The notes below the pieces were generated by a model, which searched no databases, was not told where the DNA came from, and worked only from the letters and a program-made list of their open reading frames with translations. A stretch of DNA of 64,000 bases, taken from Amphiscolops sp. MND2022. Taxonomy: Eukaryota. The position numbers were made by a program, and so were the translations under genes. Location of the stretch: positions 11,348,001-11,412,000 of the forward strand of contig OZ076409.1 in NCBI GenBank assembly GCA_964187785.1. Direction: 5' to 3'. Positions 60,332-64,000 of this stretch are shown here, in pieces. Each line of letters starts with the position of its first letter. The first letter of the stretch is position 1.

Positions 60332-62098
60332 ATGCCTTCAACAAGAAAGCAAAAGGCTAAAGAGAGACGCTCAAGGCAGTTAGACAAGCTGTCCGACGCA
60401 GAAAATGTTGACATAATGCTAGGGAGTTACTCTAGAGAAGATGAAGAGAACAATGCTAGCGAAAATGATGTGAATTTAGACTCAGTTTCTAGTAGACCGC
60501 AACAAGAGTACGAATATCATAGGGGAAGATTTTAGGTCTTTACTGAATACCAATAGTAGAGAAAACAGCGAAATTACCATAGAAACAACTAGATTGATCA
60601 ACGATGAAATTTCTAGCCAATTGAGTAGGAAGCTCAATGAGATTAAAACAAGCCTGAATTCTCAGATACAAAACGCACTTTCAGCTGTAATTACTAATAC
60701 AGTGCTTCCCTCCATTCAAAATACCCTTAATTTGCAGGGGAGCCCAATTTTACCATTATGAACCCAAGGTCCAATGAGCCACAGCAAGGGTTAAAAGCAG
60801 CCAGCTCAGCCAGCAAGGACTTAAGGTCTAGTGAGCGACAACGGAACACCGGAGCTGAAATAACACAGGAAACCTGGAGAAAACGTTCTAAAACGTCCCC
60901 ACTAGAAGGAAATCTTAGACACATGTCTAGAGATAGTTCAGAAGATTCGTATAATAGTGAACAAAATCACGACATGGTGACAGGAGCCAAACTTACCCCA
61001 CATGTGGTTCCTGAAATTCTCACTGGATGTCCCATGCATTCCCAAGCCCCCCTGCAACGACAAAATTCTAACAACGATGAGTCTCAGGACACTGTCCCTC
61101 AGGTCCCTGAGACCACAACACCAACTATGCCCTCTGATCCCATTAACCGTCTTGCAGAAGTACTAGTCGGCATGAATAACCGTCCATCAACACAAACACT
61201 GATGGTACGCCCAGTCAGCACGACTACACTGACTTTCGACGGCAAATCGGAGAAATTCGAACTCTTCGAAGATCTCTTCCACACAATGATCAAAATGCAA
61301 CCTGATATGACTGAGACAATGAAAATAAACCATTTTCATTCCTTGTTACGCAAGAATGCGTTACAAACCTTCCGTAACATTATTACGGCAAATAGGCACA
61401 CTTTGGAGGACATTCTAGCAGTATTTCGCAGGAAATACGTTGAACCTGAGTCCCAGGCGACAGCCAAACATAAATGGCACAGATTGGTGTTTGATCCAAA
61501 CACCATGAAACTGCCAGACTTCCTTGAGGAATTAAATCAAGGAGCTGAAAAAGCGTTTGGCGAGAACGCCCAGGCCATGATCGATAGCCTCCTCTATGCC
61601 TAACTGCCGCCAAAACTGAAAAGCTCCGTCAATATGGCTAGACTCGAAAATGCCACCTATGAGGAAATTGTCACCCATTTAGAACGGGAGCTTGAGCTCA
61701 ATGGACTTGCGGAGGGGGACGACATTCCAGTACCAACAAAGTCCACTGCCCCTACAGCAACACGACCGGGAACTGGCCTTCTTTCCTCTGGCATTGATCC
61801 AAACATTACTTGCAACTATTGCAAGAAACCTGGACATGTCAAAGACGATTGCCGCAAACTCAAAAGAAAGGAGGAACAACGCCGCAATGAAGGGCAGGAT
61901 ACTAAGAAAGAATATCCCAAATGTCCAACTTGCGACAAAACGAACCACCCGGCGGAACGATGTTGGAAAAGCGCTGGAGCCCACCTCAAGCCCAAAAACC
62001 TTAAATTGGATGACACCACGGTCACCGATAAGCCCACCAGCCAAGAAGACGCGAAAAATAAACAAACCACATCCATTTTAAAGAATCCAAAAAACTAG
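60332..62098 (+). pseudogene. gag: gag (frameshifts and one internal stop)
   Basis: MPSTRKQKAK start, FDGKSEKFELFED capsid-like region, CNYCKKPGHVKDDC and CPTCDKTNHPAERC knuckles. Confidence 0.85.
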
Positions 62099-64000
62099 AT
62101 TTGCCACGATTCTAAATAAATGGAAAACTCCGTGTACGACAATACATAATATCTGACCCTTCAAACGTCTATTACACCGAATACTATACAGCTCTCAAAG
62201 AAACTTCATCAGCTGACTGGCAGCAGCAGATGAAAACTTCACCTAATTTTCTTACCACTCTGGACCCTATGTCCAACAGACTACAAACGGATACTTCAAT
62301 GATACGACTTATACTCTTATTGATGACTATAACCCATACTACTCTGATCCTGACTATAGTTTTGACCCCTATTGGGACGTCAATTGCTACAATCAACATC
62401 ATCTATATTTCTACCGTAATTTCAACAAACCGAGCCACAACATAGAACTAGATTCCAATGACATTGACCAAGCCTTGAATATGGTCCTTGCTAAAGCCCG
62501 AGTGGACCCTTGGCAACATGGCACCCACCCCATTCATCACACGACCCACCCCATTGATGACGACGAACTTCACCGTGTGGGACCACAGGTCTCTCTGGCT
62601 TCAGCAGTTACTGCACGTTTCGTGAACACCCTAATCACAAGAACAGGCGAACCAGACTATGTACCGCTGACAACCAATCTCGGTTTCAAATATAAACGAC
62701 GAATGCTCTATTTTCCGATGGATTTCGGCGAACTAACATTAGATGGCCTTGTAGACACGGGAGCGCTATATAGTGCAATCCCAGAAGCTGATCTACGTAA
62801 AATCCGATTACTAGCCCCTCAGTCCATTGTGAAAGAGGGCCCGGCCCCCAACTTCTAAATCATGGTTGCTAATGGGCAGCTGGAGACTCCAAAGGGCACC
62901 GTCGAATTGAAGTTTGGAGTCGGCGATATTGAATTTCACGAAATATTCATAGGCATGGAAAAACTCACCAGTCCTTTGATTGGTCTTTTGTTCCTTCAAC
63001 GGAACAACACAATTCTGGATATGAGACAAGGAGTCCTGAATTTCCCCTTCTTTTCGATGCAATTAAAAACTGCAGACCACAAATACACTAACGTTATGGA
63101 ACCCATTTGCATTAGGGAGGATGTAACTATCCCACCTAATGGCCGACACTCGGTCCTCATGACTTCACAACTGTACGAGAATACTACAGTTACTGGGATC
63201 CTTCAACCAAGCAACAATCTTACAGACGATGGCGATATTGCCTTCTGCGCTGCTTTAGTCACCCTGACCAATGGTCAGGTATCGGTTCACCTGAACAAAT
63301 TCACTGACAGTCCATACACGCTCAAAAGGGGTACACAAGTAGCTAATTTCACTGTCCTAACACCAGAGCAGATGAAATACGTTAAACCTATCGACCCGGT
63401 GAACACCTGGCATCTCTTACAGGACAACCCTGAAAAGGCTGCTTACTATGCAAGTAGCTTGATTAAATCCACCAAACCTGAGGACTTCAAGGAAAACTAT
63501 TGGTTTCCAACGCCAGAGGACCCTGGGGACCCTCAGCATCACACTCCAATCCAGAAAAGGATTTTATCAGAACTGATCAACCTCCAGGAATTAGAAAAAC
63601 TCAATCCTCAGGACGACCCTGAGTCGAGACGTCAATTCTTATCCAACTTCGACTGGACTGACTCTATGCTCCAACCGGCTGAAATAGCTCGCATAGAGGA
63701 CCTACTTGTCGAATTTCACGATATTTTCGCTAGGCATCGCTTCGACATAGGCATGAACGAGGACTTCAAGGTCAAACTAACCCCGAAAGATGATTCTCCG
63801 GCCTATAGTCAAAGTTTGCCAACGCCCATAAATCTCAAGGAGGATATCCTTGTAGAATTGGCCCTACTGCATCGCTATGGGATAATTACAACACTACCAT
63901 TCTCCAAATACGCGAGTCCCATTTTTGCACAAAAGAAACCCAATGGCAAACTGAGACTTCTAGTTGACTTGCGCAAAATTAACAACCTGATCTCGGATGA
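62095..64000 (+). pseudogene. pol: pol 5' part (protease, start of RT)
   Basis: LDGLVDTGA; in-frame TAA at 62856-62858, then open to the window end with RT motifs. Confidence 0.88.

Larger units (their letters stand above)
59379..64000 (+). mobile_element. Ty3/Gypsy LTR retrotransposon, 5' part (runs off the window)
   Basis: Putative LTR, gag with two CCHC knuckles, protease LVDTGA and RT start YASPIFAQKKPNGKLRLLVDLRKIN. Confidence 0.9.

Overview
AT-rich, repeat-dense eukaryotic DNA that looks like an invertebrate animal genome. No prokaryotic features and no CRISPR array were found. One host gene is supported: a two-exon, minus-strand glycogen-targeting PP1 regulatory subunit (PPP1R3-like, RVxF + CBM21), with exons 56004-55711 and 40733-39813 and a ~15 kb intron full of transposons. 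The rest is mobile DNA. (i) A decayed Ty3/Gypsy element (2808-16179) has a young, intact BEL/Pao element (5976-14589, GATAT TSD, 2126-aa ORF) inserted antisense into its integrase. (ii) A 14.7 kb LTR element (18629-33355, 412-bp LTRs, ATCT TSD) has a Gypsy-type gag-pol, an extra ATG-less ORF, a class III (herpes gB/chuvirus-like) fusion glycoprotein gene and further accessory ORFs. It is organised like a complex endogenous retrovirus and is the most interesting object here. (iii) A Tc1 remnant and a Gypsy fragment lie inside a local duplication. (iv) A further Gypsy element runs off the right edge. (v) There are many non-autonomous elements: Merlin-like, MULE-like, piggyBac-like, CMC-like and Helentron-like. 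Coordinates and mismatch counts were read by eye, and family assignments rest on motif recognition, not database searches.
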